Positions 41,102 through 50,059 of a DNA stretch of 64,000 nt are shown piece after piece. This stretch comes from Minisyncoccota bacterium (lineage in GTDB: Bacteria > Patescibacteriota > Minisyncoccia > Phycocordibacterales > PALSA-1337), in NCBI GenBank assembly GCA_041663145.1, contig JBAZRG010000003.1:1000-64999 (forward strand). The letters are read 5' to 3'. Each line of letters starts with the position of its first letter. The first letter of the stretch is position 1. The notes under the pieces are model-generated. The model saw only the letters and a program-made list of their open reading frames with translations, did no database searches and was not told the origin of the DNA. Made by a program: the position numbers and the translations under genes.

Positions 41102-41869
41102 TTGAATCCGACATCTGAAACATCTCAACAATGGCTTATCAAAAAGTTTGGTTTACTGATATTTTTAGTATTTCTATTAGGAATAATGCTCGGTATCGAA
41201 TATCTCTTGAAACCTGTTGTGTCACGCCAGATCGCTATTCCAATAGAATCAAAACGAGCAGAGTCTTCTGTTGAAATTGTTCGTGGTAATCATTTAAAAA
41301 GACAAGTCATTTTCACTTTCGACGGTGGCAGTGGGGCACAATCAACTGAAAAAATATTGATTACACTTCGCAAATATAACGTCAGAGGCACTTTCTTTTT
41401 GACTGGAAAATTTGTTGAAAAATATCCGGATTTAGTCAGAGAGATTGTCGCGGGTGGACACGAAGTATTCAATCACACTTACGATCATCAGCATCTTCCT
41501 CTGCTCAGTGATCGAGAAATCATATCGGAACTCGACCAAATGGAGAGGGCACTTCGTCGTGTGGGCGGTGTCTCGTCGGCACCATATTTTCGGGCACCTT
41601 ACGGTGATCGTGATTCGCGGGTTTTGTCAATAGCCTTTAAGGCTGGTTATCAGTCGGTTTATTGGGGTGTCGATGCTCGTGATTGGATGGAAGATTTGGG
41701 TACGACTGCCGAGGAAGTGCGTACTACAATCCTCTCAAATATTTATCCAGGCGCGATATTCCTTCTTCATCTGGGAGATAATATCTCTGGTCAGATCTTG
41801 GATGATGTATTTTTGTTTATCAAATCACAGGGTTATGATATCGTCCCCTTGAGTAAAGGGGTGCTATAA
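41102..41869 (+). CDS. Polysaccharide deacetylase (CE4/NodB)
   Basis: TFDGG, TFFLTG, NHTYDH, FRAPYG, LLH. Confidence 0.9.
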   Translation: MNPTSETSQQWLIKKFGLLIFLVFLLGIMLGIEYLLKPVVSRQIAIPIESKRAESSVEIVRGNHLKRQVIFTFDGGSGAQSTEKILITLRKYNVRGTFFLTGKFVEKYPDLVREIVAGGHEVFNHTYDHQHLPLLSDREIISELDQMERALRRVGGVSSAPYFRAPYGDRDSRVLSIAFKAGYQSVYWGVDARDWMEDLGTTAEEVRTTILSNIYPGAIFLLHLGDNISGQILDDVFLFIKSQGYDIVPLSKGVL

Positions 41870-41879
41870 TTTCTTAATC

Positions 41880-42437
41880 ATGCGACACAATCAAGCAAGA
41901 AAAGATTTAGGAAAGGATATTGTGCTTATTATTGCTGGAGCAGTATTGGCTTTGCTTCTTTCCAAGATTGGGGCAGTAGACTGGCTGATTTCATTTTTGG
42001 GTGGTGGAGTGATTGCCAGCTTCGTATCGGGAATATTTTTTACTTCGGTTTTTACTCTGGCTCCCGCCTCAGTTGCTTTGGTTCATCTGGCAGAGATATA
42101 TTCACCTCTTTCAGTCGCCTTTTGGGGAGCATTGGGAGCCATGTGCGGTGATTTGATTTTGTTCTTATTTATTCGGGATCGTTTTACGGATGATCTCATT
42201 CACTCAATCAAACCAAAAGTTGTGAAGTCTATAATGAAAACTTTCCATTTTGGTTTTCTAAAATGGCTAGCACCGATTCTGGGTGCAGTTATCATCGCTT
42301 CACCTTTGCCAGATGAGTTGGGGCTAACTCTCCTAGGTATGTCAAAAACAAAGATTGCTTTTCTTCTGCCACTCGCATTTGTGATGAACTTTATTGGCAT
42401 ATATTTGATTGCTTTTTTAGCAAATTTCTGCGTATAA
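41880..42437 (+). CDS. Hypothetical membrane protein
   Basis: Multi-TM; GIFFTS, IIASPLPDELG. Confidence 0.75.
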   Translation: MRHNQARKDLGKDIVLIIAGAVLALLLSKIGAVDWLISFLGGGVIASFVSGIFFTSVFTLAPASVALVHLAEIYSPLSVAFWGALGAMCGDLILFLFIRDRFTDDLIHSIKPKVVKSIMKTFHFGFLKWLAPILGAVIIASPLPDELGLTLLGMSKTKIAFLLPLAFVMNFIGIYLIAFLANFCV

Positions 42438-42446
42438 TACGAACCT

Positions 42447-43118
42447 ATGAATACAAGACGATTTATATTTTGGGGTGGTTTTATTATTATACTAGGACTC
42501 ATTATTTGGGGATTGATCGTGGCTATGAACAAGCCGACTGGTGCCGATGTGGGCGCTCCGGCTCCGATCACAGTCACTGACCATGTTCAAGGTCCAGTCG
42601 ATGCTCCTATTACAATCATTGAATACAGTGATTTTCAGTGTCCAGCTTGTGCATATTTCCAGCCATTTGTAACACGATTTTGGAATGAAGCATCAACTTC
42701 TGTGAGAATAGTTTACAGACATTTTCCTCTGGACAATCTATTGCCTGACGGTTCTGTACAACATCCAAATGCCGTGCCTGCGGCTATGGCATCTGAAGCT
42801 GCTGCTAAACAAGGTAAATTTTGGGAGATGGTAGATATGTTATTCGAAGGACAGAGCGATTGGGAATCCCTTCCTAATGCCAGTTCGACTTTTCTCGCAT
42901 ACGCGACCGAGCTTGGACTCGATCCAGTCAAGTTCACGGCTGATTTCGAAGACAAAACAAATGAAGACCTGATTCAGAGTCAAAAAAATGAAGGTATCAG
43001 GATCGGGATCAGTTACACACCGACATTTTTCGTGAACGGTAAGATCATAAACAACCCTCAAACCTATGAAGAATTTAAAACACTTGTTGAGTCAACCGCT
43101 TCAGCAAATCCACTCTAG
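42447..43118 (+). CDS. DsbA-family oxidoreductase
   Basis: EYSDFQCPAC, RHFPL, QGKFWEM, TPTFFVNG. Confidence 0.92.
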   Translation: MNTRRFIFWGGFIIILGLIIWGLIVAMNKPTGADVGAPAPITVTDHVQGPVDAPITIIEYSDFQCPACAYFQPFVTRFWNEASTSVRIVYRHFPLDNLLPDGSVQHPNAVPAAMASEAAAKQGKFWEMVDMLFEGQSDWESLPNASSTFLAYATELGLDPVKFTADFEDKTNEDLIQSQKNEGIRIGISYTPTFFVNGKIINNPQTYEEFKTLVESTASANPL

Positions 43119-43536
43119 TGCGATTGTATTCATCCTAATAATCGCCCTTATTGGCTTTATTGATGCTAGTTATCTAACTATCGAACATTATCGCGGAGTA
43201 ATTCCACCATGTTCGATTACAGCCGGTTGTGAAGATGTTTTGACGAGTGGATATTCGATCATTCTGGGTATTCCCGTGTCTATCGTCGGTTCATTGTTTT
43301 ATTTATTTATCTTGATCGGGGCATTTGCTTATTTAGAAAGTAAGAATACTCTGATTCTTAAATGGGCTTTGGTGAGTACGATTCTCGGTTTTCTATTTTC
43401 ACTTTGGTTTACTTTCATTCAGGTATTTATCCTCCATTCATATTGTATATATTGTCTCGGGTCAGCGTTCTCCTCAACAATACTCTTTGTTACGGCTATG
43501 CATATTTTTTCCAGATATCAAGAACAAAATATATGA
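43066..43536 (+). CDS. Vitamin K epoxide reductase (VKOR) family protein
   Basis: C....C..VL.S.YS..LGIP, C-terminal CIYC; next to DsbA. Confidence 0.88.
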   Translation: MKNLKHLLSQPLQQIHSSAIVFILIIALIGFIDASYLTIEHYRGVIPPCSITAGCEDVLTSGYSIILGIPVSIVGSLFYLFILIGAFAYLESKNTLILKWALVSTILGFLFSLWFTFIQVFILHSYCIYCLGSAFSSTILFVTAMHIFSRYQEQNI

Positions 43537-44435
43537 AAAATTCAAACATACTTGTAACAGAAAAAAGCCGGGATTATGAGCTCATAGACTCTGGCTTAGG
43601 GGAAAAACTCGAACGTTTCGGTAAATTTGTATTGTCTCGACCGGATCCTCAGGCTTTGTGGCCAAAGAGATTGGATGAGACATCGTGGAAACTTGCCGAT
43701 GCAGTTTTCAATCGAAATGAAACAAAAGGCGAGTGGAACATCAAAAAAACTTTACCTGATCGTTGGGAAGTGGGTCTAGCCGGTCTCAAATTTTATATAA
43801 AGCCAACACCCTTCAAACATGTTGGAATGTTTCCGGAGCAATCAGTCAATTGGGATTGGATGCAAACTAAGATCAGTGAAAAAATAGTGGAATATAAAGA
43901 TGGAAAAGAAGATTCTGAGACAGAAATATTGAATCTGTTTGGATACACAGGAGGAGCGACTCTCGCTTGCGCCAAGGCTGGTGCCAAAGTTGTTCATATC
44001 GACGGATCAAAGTCGGCAATGTCTTGGGGTCGGGAAAATGCCGAATTGTCTGGTTTGAATGATATGCCTATAAGATGGATACTCGATGATGCTAGAGAAT
44101 TCGTAAAACGTGAGATCAAACGCGAAAGGAAATATGACGGTATTGTTATGGATCCGCCGGCTTTCGGTCATGGTCCAGACAATGAGCTTTGGAAGATAGA
44201 AGATGATCTCTCGGGATTGATCGCTGATTGTTTTTCTATATTGAAAGACAAACCGACATTCTTTATTATAAATGGTTATTCGGCAGGATATTCTTCTGTG
44301 GCTTATGAAAATATGTTGTTGCCACTAATTGCGAAATATGGCGGATCGATCGAAATAGGGGAATTGGCTATAAGAGAATCGGGCAAAGACGGGAGACTCT
44401 TGCCGGCAGGAATATTTGCTAGGTGGGGAATTTGA
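43533..44435 (+). CDS. SAM-dependent methyltransferase (RlmI/RlmK-like)
   Basis: YELIDSG.GEKLERFG, LNLFGYTGG, MDPPAFG. Confidence 0.88.
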   Translation: MKNSNILVTEKSRDYELIDSGLGEKLERFGKFVLSRPDPQALWPKRLDETSWKLADAVFNRNETKGEWNIKKTLPDRWEVGLAGLKFYIKPTPFKHVGMFPEQSVNWDWMQTKISEKIVEYKDGKEDSETEILNLFGYTGGATLACAKAGAKVVHIDGSKSAMSWGRENAELSGLNDMPIRWILDDAREFVKREIKRERKYDGIVMDPPAFGHGPDNELWKIEDDLSGLIADCFSILKDKPTFFIINGYSAGYSSVAYENMLLPLIAKYGGSIEIGELAIRESGKDGRLLPAGIFARWGI

Positions 44436-44442
44436 TCTGCAT

Positions 44443-44593
44443 AGACCCCCAACATAATGTTCCCAGAACAATCCTGCGTAATCGCTTCTCAAATTACAAC
44501 CGTGTTTGGTTCCAAGGCTTCACCAAACACGGGTAATTTTTCGAAGCTCAATCGCATACTCGGATTGTTCTGGGAACATTATGTTGGGGGTCT
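44443..44593. repeat. 151-bp long-hairpin element, copy 2 (opposite orientation to copy 1)
   Basis: Perfect 32-bp terminal inverted repeats 44443-44474/44562-44593 plus nested inner stems. Confidence 0.9.
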
Positions 44594-44604
44594 TATCGTA
44601 TCGC

Positions 44605-44643
44605 AACCCCGCATACCCTCATTTATCTTCCTCGAACTCTGCT
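44605..44643. repeat. 39-bp dispersed intergenic repeat, copy B
   Basis: Matches 41019-41057 at 34/39 positions. Confidence 0.8.
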
Positions 44644-44697
44644 CATTGCCGTATTCTCGATAAGTGATAGTATGAGACCCAGATTAGAGATTATCTT

Positions 44698-44937
44698 ATG
44701 CCTCATTTACACGTTATACATTCAGAAGAATCCATTGACGTGGATTCAGGAACTACGGTTCTCGATGCTCTCCATCAGTTGGGCTATGCTCTCGGTGGAG
44801 AGAAATCATTTCGTATATGGCTTACGAATCGTTCATCGAACTGGATCAAGTTGACATTGGATGATGTTCTCGGTGATGGTGATATCGTCGAAATCAGTCA
44901 TACGGAAATGGGTGAAATGGTTGACCAACATCCATAG
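44698..44937 (+). CDS. Small protein, possible beta-grasp (MoaD/ThiS/TGS-like) fold
   Basis: GTTVLDALHQLG...LGDGDIVEI; hairpin 44957-44987 downstream. Confidence 0.5.
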   Translation: MPHLHVIHSEESIDVDSGTTVLDALHQLGYALGGEKSFRIWLTNRSSNWIKLTLDDVLGDGDIVEISHTEMGEMVDQHP

Positions 44938-45032
44938 ATCCGCGTCGAACAAAAGTAAAGCCCGTTTTTTCATGAAGAACGGGCTTTGTGTTGCCACGTG
45001 ATTTGTATGACTTTTACTGGTTGTCTATTAAA

Positions 45033-45127
45033 GAGCTCGGCGAATACTGTGTGGGCAAATAACTTACAATGTAATTTGGAGCGGGTGACCTTGTGAGTTA
45101 TTTGCTCACACAGTATTCGCCGAGCTC
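45033..45127. repeat. 95-bp hairpin element, copy 3 (internally deleted relative of copy 1)
   Basis: 37-bp arms with two G-T pairs; 21-nt loop TGTAATTTGGAGCGGGTGACC. Confidence 0.88.
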
Positions 45128-45180
45128 GATTCCAATTCCAATATACAAAATCTTCAGTAAATGGTATGGTATATCTCATC

Positions 45181-46014
45181 ATGTCAACTCTAATCGATGG
45201 TCGCAAGACTCGGGAAGCATTGCTCCCAGGTCTTATAAAGAAAATAGAGAAGCTTTCAAAAGCTCCGACTTTGGCCATTGTTCAGATCGGAGACAGACCG
45301 GACTCTACAGCATTCATTCGTGCAAAAAAATCTTTCGCAAAGAAGATTGGTGTTTTTGAAAAGCATATTCAACTCAAAGAGAACGCTTCACTAGAAGAGG
45401 TTTTGACTGTGATAAAAGAATGCAACGACGATCCTGTTGTGACTGGTATTATTGTACAGTTACCTTTGCCGGCTCATCTCGACCGCGACGCTGTTATAGA
45501 TGCAATCGATCCCAAAAAAGATGCAGATGGACTCACGGCATCAAATGTAAAATCTTGGCTAGAAGGTAGGAGTGATGCAGTCTGGCCGGCCACAGCTAGG
45601 GGGATTAGGGAGATGCTTCACCATTACAATATTTCAATGAAAGGTAAAAAAGTCACCGTGGTTGGCCGTTCGATGCTAGTAGGTAAGCCGATTGCGGCCA
45701 TGTGTCTAAATGAGAATGCTACAGTTACTATTTGTCACAGAGAGACAGTCGATCTTGCAAAAGAGACATCGGAAGCAGACATAATCATCGTGGCAACAGG
45801 TAAACCGGGTCTAATCGGCAGGGAACACGTGAGATCTGGTCAGATCGTGATAGATGTTGGGATTAGTCGTAAAGCCGACAATACTCTTTCTGGAGATGTT
45901 GACTATGATTCTGTTCATGAATCGGTGGAAGCTATATCTCCAGTGCCTGGTGGTGTTGGACCCATGACAGTCTTCGCGCTTTTCGAAAACTTGATTGATC
46001 TCGGAAATCGATGA
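45181..46014 (+). CDS. folD: Methylenetetrahydrofolate dehydrogenase/cyclohydrolase
   Basis: GIIVQLPLP, KDADG, VGRS.LVGKP, DVGI, PVPGGVGPMT. Confidence 0.96.
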   Translation: MSTLIDGRKTREALLPGLIKKIEKLSKAPTLAIVQIGDRPDSTAFIRAKKSFAKKIGVFEKHIQLKENASLEEVLTVIKECNDDPVVTGIIVQLPLPAHLDRDAVIDAIDPKKDADGLTASNVKSWLEGRSDAVWPATARGIREMLHHYNISMKGKKVTVVGRSMLVGKPIAAMCLNENATVTICHRETVDLAKETSEADIIIVATGKPGLIGREHVRSGQIVIDVGISRKADNTLSGDVDYDSVHESVEAISPVPGGVGPMTVFALFENLIDLGNR

Positions 46015-46051
46015 TATACTGCCATTATTAGCCAATAATGATACAAATTAT

Positions 46052-46834
46052 ATGAATATACCAAGTAAATTTTGGTCGGCTGCTATGGGCGCTTTGGGAA
46101 TACTAACGATCTTCCTTGTTGCCGCAGCCATAAAAGAGTTCAAATCCATAGGTTATGTTGGAGCAAGCGAAAATATGGTAAATAGCATCAATGTAAATGG
46201 TACAGGAGAAGCTGTTTCTATTCCTGATATTGCAACATTTTCTTTCTCAGTTACAGAGACAGCCAAAACTGTCTTAGAGGCACAGACAAAGGCTACCGAA
46301 AAGACCAATGCCGCTTTGAAGGCGGTCAAAGATGGTGGAGTTGAGGATAAAGATGTAAAGACACAGAATTATTCGATCAACCCTCATTATGAATATCAGA
46401 GCAGTGTCTGCACTCAGTACAGTTGTCCTTCATCAAAATCTATTTTGACTGGTTACGATGTTTCTCAGTCTATCGAAGTTAAGGTTCGAGATTTGTCAAA
46501 AGCTGGAGCACTGTTCTCAGCAATAGGTGCTCTAGGAGTCCAGAATGTTAACGGCCTTTCTTTCTCGATCGACAAGCCGGAAGCTCTTCGTGCTGAAGCT
46601 CGCGCCAAAGCGATCGCCGATGCACAATCAAAAGCAAAAGAACTTTCCAAACAGTTGGGTGTTCGTTTGGTTAGGATCATTAGCTTCTCAGAATCTGGCG
46701 ATGAACGTCTATTTGCTTACGGAAAGGGTGGAGCGATGGATATGGCGGTTTCTTCAGTCGCACCAGCTCCGACAGTGCCGGTTGGTGAAAACAAGATTGT
46801 TGCGAATGTAAATATAAGCTACGAGATTCGATAA
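46052..46834 (+). CDS. SIMPL (DUF541) domain protein
   Basis: INVNGTGE...PDIA, AIADAQSKA..L...LGVRL, VPVGEN. Confidence 0.88.
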   Translation: MNIPSKFWSAAMGALGILTIFLVAAAIKEFKSIGYVGASENMVNSINVNGTGEAVSIPDIATFSFSVTETAKTVLEAQTKATEKTNAALKAVKDGGVEDKDVKTQNYSINPHYEYQSSVCTQYSCPSSKSILTGYDVSQSIEVKVRDLSKAGALFSAIGALGVQNVNGLSFSIDKPEALRAEARAKAIADAQSKAKELSKQLGVRLVRIISFSESGDERLFAYGKGGAMDMAVSSVAPAPTVPVGENKIVANVNISYEIR

Positions 46835-46850
46835 TAATACTTTAGCGCTA

Positions 46851-46880
46851 TTGACATATACCATACACATGGTGTACAAC
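46851..46880 (+). promoter_or_regulatory. Putative sigma-70 promoter for the DGR target gene
   Basis: TTGACA 46851-46856, 18-bp spacer, TACAAC 46875-46880. Confidence 0.45.
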
Positions 46881-47077
46881 AGTACAAGTAATTAAGCTCA
46901 TTTTCAACCTATTTTGCGAACCCAGTAGGTGAACCTGCTGATTCACATCGCCATAGCAGAAAGTGGCTCATTCGTGGGCTATTCTCTGCTATGGCGATAA
47001 GGTAGCCCTCTAGCATGTTAGACAGAAAACAAACATGCTCCTCGAAAGAGACAGCATTCATACTGGAGATATTCCAC

Positions 47078-47710
47078 ATGAATACGCACACATCAGCACA
47101 ATCAAAGAAGTTCATTGAACTCTTGGAACAGAAATGGGTTACTCCCGAACGTTTCCAAACAGTTCTCGGAAGTGGCATCCTGAGCGATATCTTTGAAGAA
47201 AAGGCGACGCTCAGCAATCGTTTCGCCGTCCGGCAAGCTCTCTGCCTCGGTCCGCTTCCGTCAGAACCGATCGTGCTCATCGTTGACTACGGTCAGACGC
47301 TAGAGCAGATGATCGTCGCCGGTCGCTACGACTGGAAGAACGATGATATCACCGTGTCGCGGTTCCCGATCGAAGGGAAGGGCACGGTCGAATTCGAAGC
47401 CGTTCTCTTTCACTTCGACAAGGACATTTCGTCCGAGGATGCCAAGAAGCAGATCGAAGAAGCTGGCTACGAAGTCGGCAAGATCGAGCACGTGCTCTCC
47501 TTTGGGGCAAATTACCCCGAAGAACAGAGGAAGTTCCCGATCGTCGGTCTAGGCTCCGTTGGGGAGGTCGGTGGCCGCCGCTACGTTCCGGACCTGTACG
47601 GGGACGGTTCCGATCGCGACCTGAACCTCGGTTGGTGGGACAGTGACTGGGATGCCGACTGCCGCTTCCTCGGTGTTCGCAAAAAGGTCTCTCAGATCTC
47701 AGTGTCTTGA
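47078..47710 (+). CDS. DGR target (variable) protein with C-terminal VR, probably CLec-like fold
   Basis: GGAG RBS at 47065-47068 before ATG 47078; C-terminus GSVGEVGGRRYVPDLYGDGSDRDLNLGWWDSDWDADCRFLGVRK encoded by the VR. Confidence 0.92.
   Translation: MNTHTSAQSKKFIELLEQKWVTPERFQTVLGSGILSDIFEEKATLSNRFAVRQALCLGPLPSEPIVLIVDYGQTLEQMIVAGRYDWKNDDITVSRFPIEGKGTVEFEAVLFHFDKDISSEDAKKQIEEAGYEVGKIEHVLSFGANYPEEQRKFPIVGLGSVGEVGGRRYVPDLYGDGSDRDLNLGWWDSDWDADCRFLGVRKKVSQISVS
47551..47680 (+). repeat. DGR variable repeat (VR)
   Basis: 112/130 identical to TR, ungapped. Confidence 0.97.
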
Positions 47711-47752
47711 TTCCTCGAGCTTGTCTCTTGGAATCTTTGACCCTTGGTCCCG

Positions 47753-47784
47753 CACGGCGTATGCTTCAAGCTACGCCGTGTTTT
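47753..47784 (+). other. GC-rich hairpin downstream of VR (DGR homing stem-loop and/or terminator)
   Basis: CACGGCGTA(T)GCT-TCA-AGCTACGCCGTG followed by TTTT. Confidence 0.65.
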
Positions 47785-47809
47785 CTATTCAGCAGAATTT
47801 TCTAATTGG

Positions 47810-47818
47810 TGCTATACT
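47810..47818 (+). promoter_or_regulatory. Extended -10 promoter candidate for the TR-containing RNA
   Basis: TG-C-TATACT. Confidence 0.5.
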
Positions 47819-48142
47819 AATCCCCGACAAGTGAAAAATCTAAGGTCAACCACAGTAGGTGATTCTACTGAATCAGGCTTTAGGTAATTTGTCCGCAACC
47901 TCCGCGACGAGAGTTTGAACAGTCAACCCAGTGGTCATTGTGCTCAGTGAGGCTTTTCAAAGAGTGCCGCAGAGTGTTCTCTAAAAAATCAGAGACAGTT
48001 GGTGTGAGAAGCTAAGTGATGTTCAGTCAATAAATAATATTGGTGAATGACCCAGTAGGTGATTCAACTGAATGAGATCACGGATTCGATACAGTCTACG
48101 CGAAGCTATCGGTAGGCAGTGGGATGGACAGCTTTTCGCACA

Positions 48143-48272
48143 AGGCTCCGTTGGGAAGGTCAATGGCAACCGCAACGTTCCGTACCTGAACAGGAACGGT
48201 TCCAATCGCAACCTGAACCTCAATTGGTGGGACAATGACTGGAATGCCAACTACCGCTTCCTCGGTGTTCGC
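48143..48272 (+). repeat. DGR template repeat (TR)
   Basis: 32 adenines and 12 AAY codons in the VR frame; 17 of 18 differences from VR are at TR adenines. Confidence 0.97.
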
Positions 48273-48274
48273 CA

Positions 48275-48694
<420 letters not shown>

Positions 48695-48729
48695 TCCGCC
48701 CCACACTTATTTCTGTTTCTAAATTATTC

Positions 48730-49713
48730 ATGATGTACAACCATATCATATCCTTAGAAAATTTGCTCGAGGCCTGGAAAGAATTTCTTAAAGGGAAGCG
48801 GAGCAAGAAAGATGTGCAGGAATTCCAATATAAGCTTTCTGATAACATATTTGCGCTTAATGCCGATCTAAGAAATAAAACCTATGTACATGGGGGATAT
48901 TATGCTTTCAATATTTCTGATCCAAAACCAAGAAATATTCATAAAGCAAAAGTACGGGATAGGCTTTTGCATCACGCACTCTATAGGAAGCTTTATCAAG
49001 TATTCGATATACATTTCATTCATGATTCATATTCGTGCCGAAAGTTTCGGGGAACTCATCGAGCATTGAAGTGTTTCAGAAAGTTTGCACTCAAGGGTAG
49101 TAAGAATAATACAAAGACATTATGGATCCTGAAATGCGATATAAAAAAGTTTTTTGCTTCAGTTGATCAGAAAATTCTTGGTGAAATTCTGAAAAAATAT
49201 ATTACTGACCTTGATGTTATCGACCTTATTAAGCGAGTGACTGACAGCTTCAGCAGTACGGCTGTTGGGAAGGGATTGCCGTTAGGAAATCTGACATCGC
49301 AGCTATTGGTGAATGTATACATGAATGAATTTGATCAATTTATGAAACATGATCTGAAGGCTAAATATTACGTCCGCTATGCTGACGATTTTGTTATCAT
49401 GAGTAGAAATAAGACATGGCTTCAAGCGATCTTGATACAGATAAGCGATTTCCTATATGAAAGATTAGCGTTGAAACTCCACCCAGACAAAATCAGCATC
49501 AAGACGTTCGCTTCAGGAGTGGATTTTTTGGGATGGGTTAATTTTCCTGATCACAGTGTCTTACGGACAACAACCAAAAAAAGAATGTTTAATCGACTGA
49601 ACATAAGTAAAGGTAAGCGGGAAGTTTTAAGTTCGTACATCGGATTATTGATTCACGGTAATAGCAAAAAACTAAGAAATAGAATTGAAAGGGAATATGA
49701 TAACGATAAATAA
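48730..49713 (+). CDS. DGR reverse transcriptase
   Basis: ISLENLLEAW, DPKPRNI...RDRLLHHA, KCDIKKFF.S, GLPLGNLTSQ, YVRYADDF, GVDFLG; no maturase or endonuclease extension. Confidence 0.96.
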   Translation: MMYNHIISLENLLEAWKEFLKGKRSKKDVQEFQYKLSDNIFALNADLRNKTYVHGGYYAFNISDPKPRNIHKAKVRDRLLHHALYRKLYQVFDIHFIHDSYSCRKFRGTHRALKCFRKFALKGSKNNTKTLWILKCDIKKFFASVDQKILGEILKKYITDLDVIDLIKRVTDSFSSTAVGKGLPLGNLTSQLLVNVYMNEFDQFMKHDLKAKYYVRYADDFVIMSRNKTWLQAILIQISDFLYERLALKLHPDKISIKTFASGVDFLGWVNFPDHSVLRTTTKKRMFNRLNISKGKREVLSSYIGLLIHGNSKKLRNRIEREYDNDK

Positions 49714-49831
49714 TGAATGACGAAAAGAACCGATAAAAACTCCCGGTGAAAAAAATTTGACTTCGTCTATAACTAGGTATACTATGTATATGTAATCCCC
49801 AGGAGGGGTTTTTTAATAAAAAGACAAAAAT

Positions 49832-50011
49832 ATGAGCAGACTAAGCAATTACATCAAGGAAACACAAGCCGAAATGACACATGTCAATTGGCCTTCAAAG
49901 GCGGAGACTATTCGTTTTACAGTACTTGTGATCGTCGTTTCTGTGGCAGTTTCCATTCTTCTCGGAGTTTCGGATTTCGTATTTGGCAAATTGCTTACCC
50001 TCCTTTTCTAA
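49832..50011 (+). CDS. secE: Preprotein translocase subunit SecE (59 aa, below ORF-track cutoff)
   Basis: Manual translation MSRLSNYIKETQAEMTHVNWPSKAETIRFTVLVIVVS...D; directly upstream of nusG. Confidence 0.93.
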   Translation: MSRLSNYIKETQAEMTHVNWPSKAETIRFTVLVIVVSVAVSILLGVSDFVFGKLLTLLF

Positions 50012-50059
50012 AGTATTGAGCTTTGTTTGATATTATTTATATTTTCACTTTAATCATCT

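Noticed and set aside
48060-48140. Hammerhead ribozyme in the TR leader (CTGAATGA)
   Set aside because: Does not fit CUGANGA and lacks a properly placed GAAA and stems.
48730-49713. RT as group II intron, retron or Abi RT
   Set aside because: Short, no maturase/endonuclease domain, and accompanied by TR/VR and Avd.
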